A stretch of 64,000 bases of DNA from Octopus bimaculoides. Lineage: Eukaryota. A program made the position numbers and the translations under genes. Shown one piece after another: positions 36,429 to 48,051 of the stretch (the first letter of the stretch is position 1; every line of letters starts with the position of its first letter). The notes beneath the pieces were generated by a model. That model did not search any database. It was not told the origin of the DNA and saw nothing but the letters and a program-made list of their open reading frames with translations. The DNA lies in the NCBI RefSeq assembly GCF_001194135.2, contig NC_068984.1:38664684-38728683 (forward strand), in the 5' to 3' direction.

Positions 36429-36827
36429 TTTGTGTGTTAGATATTAATGAATTAATAAATATATAGACGACGACATTTTAGATATCTATAGAAATTTCAA
36501 GAATGTATTATGCTAATGTTGAAGTAGAGCGGTTCCATTACAAATAACGGACTAACGTGCATGCATAATAAGCACAAAACAAGATGTTGAATATGCAATT
36601 AGAAATGATAAGACCATGTTTCTTTTACGTGGGTTAGATATTGTTACATAATAGGAAAAGCTTCCTGGCAATGTTTACGTTTATTTAAAGGAAGCTAAAA
36701 ATGAAGGAAAGGAAAGGAAAACGGCCAAGTTGGTTTTTTCAAATGAAGAGAAAGTTACTAAACCATATGTGTTAAGAAGAAAATAAGATAATGTGCATAT
36801 CACTCAGAAATAGTTTACAGGTGCACG

Positions 36828-36875
<48 letters not shown>

Positions 36876-38249
36876 NNNNNNNNNNNNNNNNNNNNNNNNN
36901 NNNNNNNNNNNNNNNNNNNNNNNNNNNNNNNNNNNNNNNNNNNNNNNNNNNNNNNNNNNNNNNNNNNNNNNNNNNNNNNNNNNNNNNNNNNNNNNNNNNN
37001 NNNNNNNNNNNNNNNNNNNNNNNNNNNNNNNNNNNNNNNNNNNNNNNNNNNNNNNNNNNNNNNNNNNNNNNNNNNNNNNNNNNNNNNNNNNNNNNNNNNN
37101 NNNNNNNNNNNNNNNNNNNNNNNNNNNNNNNNNNNNNNNNNNNNNNNNNNNNNNNNNNNNNNNNNNNNNNNNNNNNNNNNNNNNNNNNNNNNNNNNNNNN
37201 NNNNNNNNNNNNNNNNNNNNNNNNNNNNNNNNNNNNNNNNNNNNNNNNNNNNNNNNNNNNNNNNNNNNNNNNNNNNNNNNNNNNNNNNNNNNNNNNNNNN
37301 NNNNNNNNNNNNNNNNNNNNNNATTCCAAACCTCACTGCTGCACACGAGGCTTTGAAAATACACTTATGAACATACTTGGAGATCATGTCCCATTTAAAA
37401 AAGGAGGTTTCTGGAAAATGCACTCCTCCATGTTCTCTCCGTATATATAGTCAATATATAAGATATACTTTCTCGATAAACTAATATGTCATGAATTAAC
37501 GACAGAGCCCCTAGTGGTCGCTCGATCAGTCAGAAATAACAGCAAAATTTTCCAAAAATCACCACCTACTGTATCTTAAACGGAAGGACCTATTGAATAA
37601 TATAGTTTTCACCGTACTATGTCCGGGGAAAAAAATAAAAGACGAGATGTTCGGTCAGGGGCTAAACCGCAAAAACGACTACAAGTTCGGTGCTGAAGAG
37701 AAGCAAGATATCATGTCCTGAAACCTTGACAAAGTTAAGTACAAAAACTTTTTCACAGAGAACAAGGACTTGCAATTAGAAACCAGCTGTCCAAATTCTG
37801 TAATAGAAAAACTCAAAATTCAATGAATACTAAGGAAAAATGTTGATGTATCTCCTCTTCTTAATTTAAAATATACGATGTACTTAATTGCATCACTTAA
37901 GTTTGCAGTCTACAGGAAAATAATTCAAATGTATCAAGTTTGCCTGGGAGTAGGTGGAAGAATTTGCTTTATCAGATTTCCATTAGCTCGAGAGAGATAT
38001 CCTACGATGAACCGTAGATACTCGAAACCCAAATTTTAGTACTTCTGAAAGTGAAAACAGAAATGTAAGATAACTTACAGCTGTGTGTATTTAATAAACT
38101 CACATTTTAAGCTTCGCGCTGAAGAGTAAGTACTATGGTTAAACAATGTTTCATCTTTACTCTGCGACCCAAAAAAGAACATTCTAACCATTTTCAGCAT
38201 TTTACTTCTTCATCTAATGTCTGCTACTCATTTTTTCTGTAGTCATAAC

Positions 38250-38469
38250 ATAGTTTCATTAGCACGACGGACAAAATGCTTAGCGACATTTCTTCCGGCT
38301 CTTTGTTTTGAGTTCAAAGGAGCAGGGGTGGCTGTGTGGTAAGAAGTTTCCTTCCCAACCACATGGCTCTGAGTTCAGTCGCACTGCGTGGCAAGTGTTT
38401 TCTCCTGTAGCCTCTGGCCGACCAAAGCTTTGTGAGTGGATTTGGTAGACGGAAACTGAAAGAAGCCCG

Positions 38470-38515
<46 letters not shown>

Positions 38516-38768
38516 NNNNNNNNNNAAGAAACGACCGATAGAATAAGTACCGGGCTTAACAAAATTAAATACTGGAGTCGATTCATTCTACTGAAAATTC
38601 TTCAAAGCAGTGCCTCAGCTTGGCCGCAGTCTAATGACTGAAACAAGTAAATGATAAAAAACATTAAAAAATTCCTGCTGGGTCAGCTTTGCTCTCCACC
38701 CTTTCAGAGAAGATAAAATAAATACGTAAGTATTGGGGTTGATGTAATTGACTTGTACCCTCTCCTAA
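38250..38768 (+). mobile_element. SINE family A split by a family B SINE (38319-38655)
   Basis: A-body ends at GAGTTCAAA(38318) and resumes AATTCC..GGTCAGCTTTGC at ~38670; a complete B copy lies between. Confidence 0.75.
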
Positions 38769-38962
38769 AAGAAATCGCTACCCCTAAACCCTGCAACAGC
38801 CCGGCGTCCGTTCAGTGGGGAATGTCGTGATCTTGGTCATCTATACTCCATGGAAACCAGGTTACCGGCCTTATGAGTCTTAGCTCTCAAGAAAAAGAAA
38901 CATTTACATAACAGTGCAATCGTTGGCAATATGAATGTATTAATTACTGGTTTCTAATATAA
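38769..38962 (+). repeat. ~190-bp direct repeat, copy 2
   Basis: See 33185-33377. Confidence 0.95.
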
Positions 38963-39118
38963 GTACAACACCTGAAAATGGAACAGTCGATTATATCAGC
39001 TCCAATACTTGACTAGTATTTTATTTCTATCGACTCCGGAGGAAAGAAAGGCAAAGTTTATCTCAGCAGGATTTGAACTCAGAACATGAAGAGCCGGAAC
39101 AAGTGTCGTAAGGCATTC
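38963..39118 (-). mobile_element. SINE family A
   Basis: Reverse consensus GTCGATTATATC...GAAAGGCAAAG...ATTTGAACTCAGAAC. Confidence 0.75.
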
Positions 39119-39129
39119 TTCCCCACAAT

Positions 39130-39893
39130 GGGATCTTTACTTTTTGATGGGCAACTCGATTTATTAATTTTCTTTAACTAAACACTTTGAAACTACGGAT
39201 ACTAGTAGAATGTGTCATATAGAACATCTTTTACTCTTAGCGTTGTTGAGAAAAGTTTCTATTTTCAAAGTTATTTCGTGTTAAGTTGTCGTATTTCGGT
39301 AATTTCAACCAATCAATGACGTATATTCAGCTGAATAAAATTACTGCTTTTGTTTGTCAACAACAACTATCGGCGGTGTATATTTCGTTTGTCACTGTTA
39401 TTTATGATATATTTCATCTCTGTTACGTTCATATGAATAAACGAGTGTATCTGAAGCACGTTTACTTCATGACACCACCTAAATCGCTCGTGCTTTTCTA
39501 CTCCCTTTAGGTTTTTTTATCCTGTTTCTCAGCTACTATTTTCGGAAAGACTTCCCACACACACACACACATTTTCTCGCAAATTATTGTTTTCTTTTTT
39601 TTTCNNNNNNNNNNTTTTTTTTTTTTTTTTTGCCAAAAACCCAGCTTTTTGGATACGGAGATTCCGGAAAATTGCAAAAAATCGGAATTTTGAAATTTTT
39701 TGAATACACGTCATTGATTGGTTGAAATTACCGAAATACGACAACTTTAACACGAAATAACTTCGGAAATAGAAACTTTTCTCAGCAACGCTAAGAGTAA
39801 AAGATGTTCTATATGACACATTCTACCAGTATACGAAGTGTTTAGTAAAAGAAAATTAATTAATCGAGCTGATCATGGAAAGGAAAAGATCCC
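39130..39893. mobile_element. MITE / non-autonomous DNA transposon with ~200-bp terminal inverted repeats
   Basis: 39130-39330 is the reverse complement of ~39700-39893 (e.g. GTTGTCGTATTTCGGTAATTTCAACCAATCAATGACG vs CGTCATTGATTGGTTGAAATTACCGAAATACGACAAC); no internal ORF; TSD not resolved. Confidence 0.82.
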
Positions 39894-39944
39894 CAAAATG
39901 TAACGATTCCGCCACCATAACACCCTTATAATAATAATTGTTTC

Positions 39945-40110
39945 TAACATAAGCAATTTGGGGGGATGGTGTTAGTACATCGACCCTAGTATTTGACTGG
40001 TACTTTACTTTACCGACCCCGAAAAGATGAAATGAAAAATTTACCTTGACAGGATTCGAGCTCAGATAGTTAAACGCCCGACGTGCTAATAATACTGCGA
40101 ATCCCACCGC
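39945..40110 (-). mobile_element. SINE family A
   Basis: Diverged reverse consensus. Confidence 0.75.
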
Positions 40111-40344
40111 CCTTGTACATGTATTAATATCTTTGTACATTCTGGCTTACAATACTAAACTTTGATCTTATACAAAATACTGGAAAGCATATATAAGCGA
40201 ATGGTTTTTAAAACTAGTTTACCTACAAGTGATATAACTACACCAGTGAGTAGTAGAATTTTTGAAAATTTAGAGTCTGAATTCTTCATATCACGGCTAT
40301 TTGTACAGAATCTAATGGCGGAGTTTCTACAATACTTTTTACAT

Positions 40345-40399
<55 letters not shown>

Positions 40400-41004
40400 A
40401 TTATCTATCTTTCTCTTTCTGCGTAAACTTATGATCATGTGTCAGCAAAATATCGTCTTCATGGCTGCTTGACCTGCTGCAAATAGTAGCCAAAGCTTCC
40501 TTCAAATCACTCTTCACCGTCTTAAACAGAAAATAAAGGTCACATCGAACAATATAGTCCTGGATATAAAAAAAACATAGTATGATCAGAGGTAGACCTG
40601 GGAGAGGTTTAAACTATAGTATCAATCAACGATCACTTTTATTCATCCCTCAGTTATTCATTTATATCCTTGAGCATTTTCCCTTTCTCTCTCCCTATCT
40701 ATCTACCAACGTGTCTGTCTGTGAGACTCCTACAGAGTGATTTCATGCCCACAGTCAACAGTCTGTGTCATGGTTCGATATCTAACTGAGTCATTCCACC
40801 ACACTTCTCTCCTTTCCTGCGATTTCCTACCATTATCAATATCCTGGAAAGAAGCTAAGAAAAGGAGTTATATAGCATGTACCCTAGATACATCACATAA
40901 AGGCAAAGCGTTCGATGGTGGACCAAGAATACATTAAAACTTACAGAGCGTCTTCGGTTATACTAATATTACTGTCTATGAATTGCCCATTCCTCTTCCT
41001 CCTC

Positions 41005-41180
41005 ATCTCTCTCTCTCCCTCTCCCTCTCTCTCCCTTTCTCTCTCTCCCTCTTTCTCTCCCTCTCTCTCTCTCTCCCTCTCTCTCTCTCCATCTCTCTCT
41101 CCCTCTCTCTCTCTCCCTCCCTCTCTCTCTCCCTCTCTCTCCCTCTCTCTCTCTCCTTCTCTCTCCCTCTCTCTCTATTT
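41005..41180. repeat. Polypyrimidine/polypurine (TC/TCC)n tract
   Basis: ~175 nt of almost pure C/T on the plus strand, ~200 nt into intron 2. Confidence 0.92.
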
Positions 41181-41373
41181 ATCTGTCTATCTCTAAATCA
41201 TACACTTCGTCACGCTCTCTCTTCCTTCCACTCAGACTCTCCTTTTCGCTCTTTCTCCCTCTAAATCACACTCTTCCCTCTCTCTCAACCACATATCTTT
41301 CTTTCTCACTCTCCCTCCCATCTTCTCACTTCCATTCTATCACTCTCTTTTAAAACTAACAAAACATGCTTAC

Positions 41374-41586
41374 CTGCTGTGAGTTGATGAGTCTCGTTAA
41401 AGCAGTGCACCTGTACGGAATGCCGGCAAACTCCAAGGTTGATATCAAACAGAAGACCGGTTGGACAGGTACGTTGATAAGGTATGCCGTAGTTGCAAAC
41501 ATAGAACATAGCACAGTTGTCCGGATACTGAAACATTCCAAACATTTCCGGACACACGAACTGACTTAGGGAAGACCTGATCAGAA
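41374..41586 (-). CDS. Coding exon 2: chitin-binding peritrophin-A (ChtBD2/CBM14) domain 1
   Basis: Acceptor ttattcgtttgtag| at 41587 and donor GCAG|gtaagc at 41373; 213 nt, phase 1-1. Translation VLIRSSLSQFVCPEMFGMFQYPDNCAMFYVCNYGIPYQRTCPTGLLFDINLGVCRHSVQVHCFNETHQLTA has six Cys spaced C-x12-C-x5-C-x9-C-x12-C-x7-C with the typical FY.C and CP.GL.F motifs. Confidence 0.92.
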
Positions 41587-41674
41587 CTACAAACGAATAA
41601 ATAAATAATTAGATTAAGTAATAAATAAATCTTTTCTTGGAACGACAGCTCTCAAAGCAGCAGATAAAGCAATA

Positions 41675-43572
41675 AATTTTGGCACAAGGCCAGCAATTTC
41701 TGGGATGGGGTAAGTCGATTGCATCGACCCCAGTGCTCAATTGGTAGATATTTTATCGACTCCAAAAGTATTAAAGGCAAAGTCGACCTCGAAGGAATTT
41801 AAACTCAGAACGTAAAGACGGGAAAAATGCAGCGAAGCATCTTGTCCGGCATGCTAACGATAAAACTAAAAATAACAGCGTGTAAATATTTGGCTAAAAT
41901 CTCTTTGGACAGAAGAAGTGGAAAGCTGTCCTTTGGATCCACGGACGGTCTTCGACTTTTTCTATAACCTTATCTGCTGCTTCCCAAAAAGCATCATTTC
42001 ACATTAATTTATATATTTTATGACATCAACAAAATAAATAAATAAACGACGATTTGTTACCCATTACGCAAGGCGTACAGTACAAGTTCGTACAGTACAG
42101 TACAGTACAACCAAGCGTCACTCGCGATCGAGTATGGTTTGGTGATATGTACACCAAAACATTTTACCTGATGTGTTTACTATTCTGCCAACCCATCATT
42201 TTTTTGTTTTTTAACAACGATTTCTGATTTAGACTCAAAGCCAGCAAGTTTGAGGGATAGGGGAGTCGTCTATAAAATCTATTTCAGTACTTGACTGGTA
42301 CTTTATTATATCGATTCCAGCGGGATGAAAACCAAAACTGACTTAGGCAAGATCTGAAATGAGAGAGCTAGAACAAATACCGCAAGCCTTTTTTCTGTTT
42401 CTTTTTATTTTTTTTATTTTTTTTTTTTTGCGATACTCTATCGATTCTACTAGCTCGTCGCCTTTTTGTATGTTCGTAATGACAGTTTCTGATCTAGACA
42501 CAAGGCCGGCAGTTTTGGAGGGAGGAGGAGGAGGATACGATACTGTAGATATATGTATTGCATGTTCCTACTATTTCTGAGCTGGTAGAATCGTTAGCGT
42601 GCCGGGCAAAATACTTAGCGTTATTTTATCCGTCTTTACGTCTTGAGTTCAAATTTCGCCAAGATCGGCTTTGCTTTTCATCCTTTCGTAATCGATAAAA
42701 TAAAAAGTGCCAGTTAAACACTAGGGTCGATGTAATCGATTTACCCCATCTCCTGAAATTGCTGGCCTTGTGCCAAAATGTGAAATCAATATTTCTAATT
42801 CTTTTGGCATAAGGCCAACAATTTTGATGGAAGGGGAAATCCATTACATCAACTCCTGTACTCAACTGGTTCTTATTCTATCGACTCCGGAGGATAAAAG
42901 GCAGAGTCGACCTCGGTAGCATTTGAACTCAAAACGTAAAGCCGGAAGAAATGCTGCTAAGCATTTTGTTCGTTGTGTTAAGGATTATGTCACCCTACTA
43001 TATGTTTGTAGCAATAGAAAGCGTTGACAATTGCAAAGACTTTGACTTGACATCAATGCATGTACAAGATGTTCAGTTGTTTTCTCAATAGGTTATTATT
43101 GCGCATGCGTTTACATTCATTGCCTAAATATCGGTGTCAAATTTTGGTAAAAGGGCAGAAATTTCAGGAGAAGGGTTAAATCGATTACATCGACCCTAGT
43201 AATCAACTGGTCCTTATTTTATCGACCCCAAAAGGATATGAGGCAAAGTTGGTCTCGGCGGAATCCTTTACGTAAAGATGGACAAAATACCGCTAAGCTT
43301 TTTGCCCGGCGCGGTAACGATTCTGCCAGCTCACCGCTTAACACATTGCCTAAATATTGGTTACAAGTTTTGGCACAAGGTCAGCAATGTCGGGGGATGG
43401 GTAAGTCGATTACATAGACCCCAGTGATTAACTGGTATTTATTTTATCGACCCCGAAAGGATGAAAGGTAAAGTCGACCTCAGTGGAATTTGAACTCAAA
43501 ACATAAAGATGGACGAAATGCTGCTAAACATTTTTGACAGCGTGGTAACGATTCTGCCTGCTCACCGCCTTA
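41675..43572. mobile_element. Cluster of ~7 SINE family A copies in intron 1
   Basis: Minus: ~41675-41860, 42225-42390, 42495-42560 (partial), 42800-42985, 43132-43340, 43358-43572; plus: ~42578-42790. Confidence 0.88.
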
Positions 43573-43708
43573 GTTTCATTGCCTAAATATCAAGAATTAT
43601 CAAGAACCAAGATATTCCTTCCTCAGTCATTCCTCTGTATTTCACAAACGAGACCATTTCTCAATAAAGTTATTATTAACAATCAGATAAAAACATAAAT
43701 TAACTTAC

Positions 43709-43787
43709 CAGCAATGATGATCATACAACTTGTCATAATAGTGCTCTGTGATACTGGCAATTGACAGATTTTGTGAAGAGATGTCAT
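43709..43787 (-). CDS. Coding exon 1 of secreted double-ChtBD2 (peritrophin-A/CBM14) protein; signal-peptide exon
   Basis: Minus strand reads ATG(43787) MTSLHKICQLPVSQSTIMTSCMIIIA+G, then GTAAGT at 43708 (phase 1). In-frame second ATG at 43736. In-frame TGA upstream. Joined to exon 2 it gives MTSCMIIIAVLIRSSLS|QFVCP, a plausible signal peptide. Confidence 0.72.
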
Positions 43788-43854
43788 AATGTTGGTGTTG
43801 TTCTTCTTACGCTGTCCTCAAACTATATCTGTTTAGCATGGAAACTTAGAAAGT

Positions 43855-43894
43855 AAAATGGTTGTCTTACAAAAGAAATCCTCTTATTTATATA
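43855..43894 (-). promoter_or_regulatory. Candidate core promoter (TATA box + Inr) of the ChtBD2 gene
   Basis: Minus-strand TATATAAA at 43894-43887, and CCATTTT (YYANWYY) with its A at 43859, 33-35 nt downstream and 72 nt before the first ATG. Position only; no expression data. Confidence 0.42.
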
Positions 43895-44574
43895 TTATTT
43901 GGCGTATGGTCACTATCACCGACGCCAACGCCTGTGTCACAAGCATTCCAGCGTTATTAGAAGCAAACTCCCCGAGTTTCCCCACTACATAAATTCCAAT
44001 GCTGAAGCTAACAAGACACCATCTCTGTCTCACTACCGACCCCACACTATACATACATACACGCACAAAGACCACCACTTCCGCCATTACCTCTCCCTCT
44101 CTCTCTATGTTTACCTATATGACAGCTGTCTTTACTACCCCTTATTACAAACACTGTCTCTATATTTGCTAATACCATCACTGTGGTACGGCCAACACCA
44201 TCGCTATTATATAACAACAAAAACAACAGCAACAAGAAGATTGAAGGAAAAGAGGAGAAAGGGAGAGGAAAATCAGCTTTGCAAACAACGATGATGACTT
44301 ACTGAACAAGAGCAAAAAATGACTAAATTAGAGTGATGGAGACGGTAACTATTTTGTTCAAGGATGCATAAATGAAATAAGGAAGTAGAATCGAAATCTA
44401 ATTGATATTGATCTGCTTAATACGTCTAATACTTCTCACAATATTTCTTTATATTTCGGACACCCGACAATGAATTAAAACTTTGCTTATTACGTTTTTG
44501 ACTTATTTGTTCAACCTGGGTCCTAGGGAAAATCTCAGAAAATATAACCAAAAAATACTCGAAAATATATCGAT

Positions 44575-44780
44575 TTCAAATTTTGGTACAAGATAGCAAT
44601 TCCGGTGTGGGGTCGGTTACATCGACCCCAGTGATCTCCTGGTGCTTATTTTTTCAACTCCGAAAGGATGAAAGGTAAAGTCGACTTCGCTGTAAATTGA
44701 GCTCAGAACGTAAAGACGGACGAAATGCCGCTAAGCATTTCGCTCGGCGTGCTAATGATTTTGCCAGCTCGCCGCCCTTA
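44575..44780 (-). mobile_element. SINE family A
   Basis: Full-length reverse consensus ending CAGCTCGCCGCCCCTT. Confidence 0.88.
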
Positions 44781-45559
44781 AGGCAAGACTAACCCCTTAA
44801 ACGTAGGAAAATATCACTAAATTGAAGATGTTTTCACTCAGCGGGAATAAAATGCAGGCAAGCCATATGTGGCATACATCAAGAACAATGTTAGTTCTAT
44901 CAAAAAACATAGTATTCAAATTTCCACATTATTTAGTCATGACCTAATTATAAATTCAAAATGGTCGCCAGACGACCGACAAGGCAAACACACCCTTATT
45001 TTAGGTCATTTTTTCTACCAAACTATCAAAGATAATATGCTCTAACTTGGAATGCCAACAGATTTAGGAACAATCTAGATGCGGAATCAAAGACATTGAT
45101 GAAGTTGACCTAGAATTCGTTGTGGTGCCGCTCACATCCATATGCAGTTCAAGCATTTTTTACCCCTGGGTAGTAGCATTTAAGTATCTCTGGAAGATGA
45201 ACAAATGAAGTATATCTAATCACACTAGAACAACATCTAGGCAAGTATTAAAGTAATACATATACAAAATTTCAGCCTATTAAATCAATTATTCTCGGAG
45301 ATGTTGTGACCTAAAGATTGCTACTCATAGTCAGAAATGTCATTTAGAGAAAAAAGCAAAAAACGCTGGAAATGGCTGATTTTACAACAATGCCCAACTA
45401 CACAAGAATAATACCACATTTTAGTGAAATATTTGCAGTTTTGCACAGTCTAATAACACCCAAAGGCATATCCTTTGCTTTTTTTTTTTTTTTTTGAGAT
45501 TTTGCTATCTGAGAGCATTTATATCTTGTTTTGATTATGAATTTCTGTCCAGGCACACA

Positions 45560-47280
45560 TGCTTTTTTCAGTCTCTCCTCATCAACTTCATCTCAGACCC
45601 TCTCTCAGATGATGGCCATGGCTGAGGACAAAATTTTCAAACACAGGTATCCTTGCAATTTCTCCTTGATTGAAAACTATAATGGCATCATTGACAGCTA
45701 ACTCCAGGCAAAATCGCCCGACAAATGTTGATTTAAGACACAATTCCCAAACTAAGTTGTGGAATGATCCATTGTAATTTTGTGATCCTCCTTGCAGGCA
45801 CTTATCCAAGAGTTTGTCCTCAGATTAAGCTACAAACACGGGCTTCATTTTATCCAGCACAAATTTTGGCAGGGCGGTTTTGTTTGGATCCCTTTTGTCA
45901 TCCACCTTTTCTCACTGGACACCAGTCACCACAGTCACCATGGTCCTTGGACCTGTGCTTGAAAAATTACTCGTATGATTCTTTTCATGGAGGCTTTGTC
46001 GTTTGAGTGGCTCCTGATGCCAGCTACATAATGACCCTGCATGGATAGGATAGCTTTCTGTGTGAGCCAACCTGTACCTCCAATACCAGTACAAGGGCTA
46101 AATTTGAAACTGAATGCAGGAGAATGCAAGAAGAACGGAAGAGACATCGTCATCAAATCCTTGTGGTTGTTGTTCGGAGTCACTTTCAGTGCCCTCAGTG
46201 TCACAGGATCTACCTGTCTCGTATGAGTTTTGTCAGCCACATCCACTCCCATGAGAAGCAATGTGCTGGAGACGGAGGAGGATGAATGTTTTGGATCGAT
46301 ATTGCCATCACCTTTGATGGGTTGTCATAAGCAAGTAAGCAAGTAGATAATTATATAAAAATACAATGATTTTTTAAATAACAATTTAATAAACATGAAG
46401 AATGAATAGGGGATCCCACACACACAGGTAGGAACCCACTAGTCCGGATGGACCAGAATATCTCACAATATTGATCTACCACTTCTTGTAACTGATATAC
46501 CCGAAGGTATCCATGAGCACCTTTGGCGTTGGATTGGGCAAGAATCTTCCATACCTTCTAGCAATTTGCTCGTTAGTTGCTCATCGATAACTATTGTGAT
46601 TCTCACAACCAGTCTATTTGGGTGTTCCTCAACATCGAAGCCCATTACTTCCTTAGTCAATTCATTGCAACTCCCATTTTCATCCTTCACTTGGTTTAGC
46701 AGGTCTATCATTTGTTTTGAAAAGAACTGCAAACTTCAATGCAACGTGGTAGGGGAGTTGAGCTCTTCCTCTTCACACTCTTTCCTTGCCTTCCTTCTAC
46801 TCACCTTCTACTCCTTATATTGAAATTTGGTGCACCCAGAGGTAACCATGACTATTTGGGGTCGACGTAGCATGATGCATCTTATGTCTTCTGTAGAAGC
46901 TAATTTGCGGTTATCATAGTTGAATACTGTAGTCTTTACCAGTATTCTATCTTTTGAATGTTTCTTGAAATTTTTTTGCCTTATTTCATCACCCAGCTGC
47001 GAAAAATATCTCCTTTGGAAGGCACCCCTTCTCGCATGATCACCTCGGCTTCACTTCGAGTAGGTCTTTCTTTGGAGTGCCAAGTCTTCTTTTTTGATTT
47101 TTTGTATTGACTTCTAAAATACTGGTCTATACTTGACCAGGATTCTCTCAAATTGCTCCTTTGAGGGAACTCTGAAAGCCTACTCTTTTGTGACATACCA
47201 CTCGCATATTTCTTCCTCTGAGTGAATCTTGTCTATGCCCAGAAATTTTCTTGAAGACGTCACCTTCGTAAAACAACTTC
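45560..47280 (-). pseudogene. Mutator-like (MULE) transposase remnant
   Basis: GIGGTGWLTQKAILSMQGHYVAGIRSHSNDKASMKRIIRVIF...H..C..WCP...LPKFVLDKMKPVF...DKLLDKCLQGGSQNYNGSFHNLVWELCLK...LELAVNDAIIVFNQG matches the C-terminal GKG.LT...I..LQ.YYG.AIR / LL.KCL.G.TQN.NES...IW pattern. An upstream stop-interrupted frame spans 47280-46463. Confidence 0.7.
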
Positions 47281-47324
47281 CGAAGTTTCTAATATTTGTG
47301 CTCAACAAGATTTGAGTGTTTCTT

Positions 47325-47457
47325 TGTGTGTGTGTGTGTGTGCGTGCGTGTGTGTTTCTGTGTGCGTGTGTGCGTGTGTGTGTGCGTGATGCGTGCGCGT
47401 GTGTGTGTGTAAGTATGTATGTATGTATGTATGTATGTATGTATGTATGTACGTATG

Positions 47458-47491
<34 letters not shown>

Positions 47492-47495
47492 TGTG
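47325..47495. repeat. (TG)n/(TATG)n microsatellite
   Basis: Directly visible. Confidence 0.92.
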
Positions 47496-47942
47496 CGTAA
47501 ATATTGTTGTTGTTTATCTTTTCACTGTGAATGTTTATGTCAATAAAGTCATTATATTTTTTCTCTGTATCTGACTGTTTGGAGTTGTTAGCTTCCTTTC
47601 TTCTGTTTTTCTTTTTTAAATTTGTGCCGATATTTTGTTCACAAATTTGTTTTGCCTTGAGAGCGTATTTGTTTATGTTGGTGCTACATGCACTGTAGTG
47701 AGCACCTCTTCCTCCAACTCCAATGCAAAGAATCATATTGAAATATGGCAAAGCAAAAAAAAATGTCTTTTTCCTTCTCAAACATAGAGAAAATAAATAA
47801 AAACAAACTTCTCACCTCTCTTTGTAACAATTCGGTACAATACGACACAGAGATTATCATTCAATTTTCCACAAAATCAACATAATATAATCCAAAATAT
47901 TAGTATTAACACATGTAAACATGCTCTACCAGGATAAGAAAT

Positions 47943-48044
<102 letters not shown>

Positions 48045-48051
48045 TAATAAT

